DNA of 63,798 nt, filler included, from Folioceros fuciformis (taxonomy: Eukaryota), in the NCBI GenBank assembly GCA_049999805.1. It is 5 parts of 5 records of this genome, joined end to end, with 100 filler letters (N's around TTAATTAATTAA, not from the genome) between each part and the next. Parts side by side here need not be neighbours in the genome. Positions count along the whole stretch, not along the records: positions 51,329 to 63,798 come from JBNGIO010004608.1; 4 more parts are not named here. The stretch is one strand, 5' to 3'. Below, piece after piece: positions 59,898-63,798 of this stretch; position 1 is the first letter of the stretch, and every line of letters begins with the position of its first letter. The notes below the pieces were generated by a model, which worked only from the letters and a program-made list of their open reading frames with translations, made no database searches and was not told the origin of the DNA. Made by a program: the position numbers and the translations under genes.

Positions 59898-62800
59898 TTA
59901 GTGAGCAGTCCCAGCCTTGGCGCTTGATGAAATTTGTTGAACACCAGACGTGTGCTTCTCATGAACAGACTTGGGAGGTGCTTTAGTAAGTAGGTCAGCA
60001 ACATTCTCACTAGTAGGAACATACTCAACATATACTTCCTTGTTGTCAGCTGCTTGATGAATAAAATGGTGTGTTATCTCTATGTGCTTCGTTCTCGCAT
60101 GAAATACAGGATTTCGAGATAGAGCTATGGCCGATTGACTATCATATAGGAGATGAGTTGGCCCTGTTGGGAGTTGATGTAAGCCCTTCAAAAAAGTTCG
60201 AATCCATAAAATCTCCTTTGCTGCTTGAGTCATGGCTCCATACTTGGCTTCGGTACTTGATAAGCATATGGTGGGCAACTTCTTACTTGACCATGAGACA
60301 ACTGAGCCACCAAGAAAACAGCAGTATGCAGCTACACTTCTCCTAGTATCTAGGTCCCCAGCCCAGTCTGCATCACTATATGTTGACAATCCTAATCCAT
60401 CATGCTGTTTAAAGTACCTAAGGCCTTTCCTGGGTGTCCCCTTTAGGTAACGAAAAATTCGTTTTACTGCAATCCAATGTTCCAAACCTGGATTCTCCAT
60501 GAACTGGCTCACATTGTTGACAGCCCTACTGATATCTAAGCGTGTCCATCCAGCTAGATATAACAAACAACCTACGGCCTGTCTATATGGCTTATTAGCC
60601 ATCTCTTCCTTCTCAGCCAATGTAGTAGGTGAGTTCTCCTTCGAAAGCTTCCCATCAACCACCATGGGAGTGGCCACAAGCTTAGCATCCTCCATCTGGA
60701 AACGTCGCAAAAGTTGTAGCACATAGTGCTCTTGGTGGATGTCTATTGTGTGGTCAGCATGATTAAAGTGAAATTGGACACCCAAGGAAAAAGAGAGTTC
60801 ACCCAAGTCGAACATTTCAAATCTAGTTAGCAAAATTCTTTTGATCTTGTCCATCAAAATTGTTGAGGTACTGAAAAGGAAATTATCATCAACATATACT
60901 GAGAGAATTATAAAATCTTGGCCCTCACACAAAATGTGAACACTGGAGTCAGCATCCAAACACACGAAGCCTAGCTCAATCAGCACCTAGTGAAACACTT
61001 TGTTCCATGCTCTTGATGATTGTTTGAGGCCATACAAGGTCTTGAGCAGCTTCAAAACTTTGTGAGGGTTCCTGATGTAACCTTCTGGCTGACACATATA
61101 TATGTCTTCCTTTAGTTGGCCATGCAAAAAAGCAGTTTTTACATCTAGTTGGTGAACAGTCAAATTGAAATGGGCCGCAATTGCTAATAGAATTCTAACG
61201 GAAGTTGCTTTTACTACAGGGGAAAAGTCTCATTATAGTCTAGATCAGGGACTTGGCTATATCCTTTGGCTACTAACCTAACCTTAGGAGACGCTGGCAA
61301 CTGTGGTGGTTGAAGCTCTAGCTGTTGGGGTTGAGCTGGTTGCGCCGGAGCTAACTGTGACAACTGAGGTGGAACTAGCCATTGCGGTGGAGTGTTGTCC
61401 CCCTCTGAATCCATAAGCTTCTCATCATTGTCATAGAGAGTCACCATGGAAGGTTCAAGGGGCTCATCATCTTAAACACCAAAGATAGAAGAAGAATCCT
61501 CACTATGAGCTTGTATTTGTTGAAAATATCGTTGAAGTAAAATATGCTCATTAAAAATACATTTCGAGAAATAGTCAATGAGCAAGTGGCAGGATCAAAA
61601 AGTTTGTACCCCTTCACATCATCAGAATAGCCAACAAATATATGTCGATGTGCCTTTGGATCCAGCTTAGTGAGCAACTCAGGAGGAATGAAGGAATATG
61701 CAGGAGAACCAAACACACGTAAATGAGAAATGCGAGGTTTCTTGCCTGTCCAAAGCTCATAAGGGGTTGTTGATCCCAACTCTTTTGTAGGCAACCGATT
61801 CTGAATATAGTTGGTGGCAACAAGAGCCTCTGCCCAATATGCCCGTGTGAGGCCAACAAACAACAAACTAGCCAAAGTAGCCTCCTGAAGAGTTTTGTTC
61901 TTCCTCTCCTCTCCGCAAAAGAATTTTGTGGTGGAGTGTATGGCACTGTAAGCTGATGTTGAATTCCTTCTGCTTCATACAAGTTCTTGAATGCCCGACT
62001 TGTATATTCTCCGCCATTATCAAACCTAATAATCTTCACACGTGCTCCAATCTTCCTTTGGGCATGTCGCACAAAAGATTGAAAACAATCTAAAACTTCA
62101 CTCTTATGTTTGATAGGATACACTATACAATATATTGACCACTCATCTATAAAGGTGATAGTAAGATGCACCGCCAAAAGAAACTGTGAACATGGGGCCA
62201 CAAACATCACTATGAATGGCCTCCAAAGTAGTAGTAGCTCGAGTTGATAGTATGTCCTTAAAAGGCAATGAATGAGCCTTGCTCATGGCACAGGAGTCAC
62301 AAAAAGGACGGGGATCAGAAGTGAAAGTCAAGGTATCACGAAAACTCCCACTATTTGCTAAAGTAGACAAACGCTGAAAATTTACGTGTCCAAGGCGACA
62401 ATGCCAAAGGTACATGCTAGACTGTGACTAAGCAACATGTGTAGAGGGCATAGAAAGTGGCAGAGTGTAAACATCCAACAAGTAAAGATCATTATAAAGC
62501 TGACCTGAAAACAACTGTAAACCAGTGTCTACGCTAGATATTTTGCAACTTATGTGATCAAAACATATTTGACAAATATGCTCCTCGGAAAGTTTTAGAA
62601 CAGACATCAAATTTTTTGTCATAGCAGGTACGTAGAGTACATGTATAAGGGTGAGACTCCCTCCACTGGGCAACCTAATAAGGACAGAACCCTTGCCTTT
62701 GATAGACAAACCACTATCATCCCCTAGCAACACAAATTGCAGGCTATCATTGGAAGGGATGAAAGATGAGAAAGCACGTCTATCGATGCAAATGTGACTC

Positions 62801-63780
62801 ATTGCACCAAAGTCTAAGAACCATCTATCTCGCTGAACAACTAATGAATTGAGGCAAACAGCAAGGATAGAAGGTGTCTTAGCTTGAGCTACAGCCATGT
62901 TAAACTCTTGGGTAGTGGACTCCCGCTTTGGCTCACCACTCTTCTTCTTCCGGCAATCCCTCTCGTAATGCCCTGGTATTTTTCACCAATTACAGGTGAA
63001 AACCTTCTTTTGTGTGCCTTGCTGACTCGATGGAGATTGGTAGGGCATGCCTCGTCCTCAGCCACGTCCTCGATATCCACCTCTCCCTCTTGATGCAAAA
63101 AGTACTCGATTGGGGTTGTTGCTTAAAGAGCCTTTATTCTTGAGAAGAGATCTTGAGCGCTCCTCTGCCAAAAGTGCTCCGATTACTTCTTCTAAGGTCA
63201 CAGTAGGTTGTTGGCCCGCAGTTGTTGCTTGAACTGCAGCGCATATGGTAGCATTTTGTGAACTCACTAGCTGGCTGTATGTGTTTGGAAGAGAGGCGAG
63301 AAGGGTAACAACTACCTGAACCTCTGATAATACAGTACCATAACAAGCCAAATTAGCCCTCAAGGTCCTAAATTTGTGAATGTAGGCCTCAACAGGCTCA
63401 GTGTCCTTCATTCTCAAATTGAAAAAGTCACGATATGCATGCACCATGGAGGCTGAGCTTTTATCTTCATATATGAGTTTAAAAACCTTCCACACAACAT
63501 GTGAAGTTGTTGCACCTATGGTGTGTGGGATCATGGTCTTGTCTAGGGCTGCAATCAGTATTGATCGAGCCCTTCTGTCCTTATGCTGCCAAGCTAGGAC
63601 ATCCTCAGGAGGATTTGTGGGGCAGATTTCAGTGCCATCCACAACAGACATTAACTCATGTTCTTCCAAAATTTGAGTGACCCTAATGGACCAGATTGCA
63701 TAATCAGTCCCGTTGAATCTATCTTGATCCTTAAAATCAATTTTAAAGGGAAGAACAGCAGAAGGTGCTTCTGCTGAGTC
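59898..63780 (-). mobile_element. Degenerate Ty1/copia gag-pol
   Basis: gag (LMSVVDGTE), WFLDFGAMSHIC (PR), LWHCRLGH, IHSDVCGP, RFDNGGEY, HLRVFGS, RLVAKGYSQ, SVYVDD, YSDADWAGD, ARTKHIEITHHF; frameshifts and stops. Confidence 0.95.
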
Positions 63781-63798
63781 AAAAAAAAAAAAAAAAAA

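Noticed and set aside
63781-63798. Poly(A) tail of a retrocopy
   Set aside because: Truncated at the window edge and adjoining the 5' end of the minus-strand copia gag; cannot be interpreted.

Overview
Eukaryotic plant nuclear DNA, most likely from a bryophyte or other seed-free plant. Hornwort-like is an inference from the short GT-AG introns and a PLS-class PPR with a 'WW'-type post-E motif. The draft assembly is fragmented, with N gaps and four artificial TTAATTAATTAA linkers. Host genes: an O-fucosyltransferase-family GT, a TBL/PC-esterase O-acetyltransferase and a GT37 xyloglucan-type fucosyltransferase in tandem; a DRM de novo DNA methyltransferase with an intronless CDS; an Alba protein; organellar GET3b/ArsA; PI4-kinase beta; a PLS-PPR with truncated DYW; an orphan ORF with a two-fold internal repeat; and glucosidase II alpha. 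These are interspersed with degenerate Ty1/copia elements, a chromovirus-type Ty3/gypsy, solo LTRs, a CRE/R2-like remnant and several minisatellites. Most notable: (i) a gypsy family whose LTRs end in non-canonical AGTAA...TTACT, fixed by a solo LTR with a perfect 5-bp TSD; (ii) an LRR host-gene fragment embedded inside that element's pol; (iii) the orphan duplicated-domain gene; (iv) a three-gene glycan-decoration cluster.
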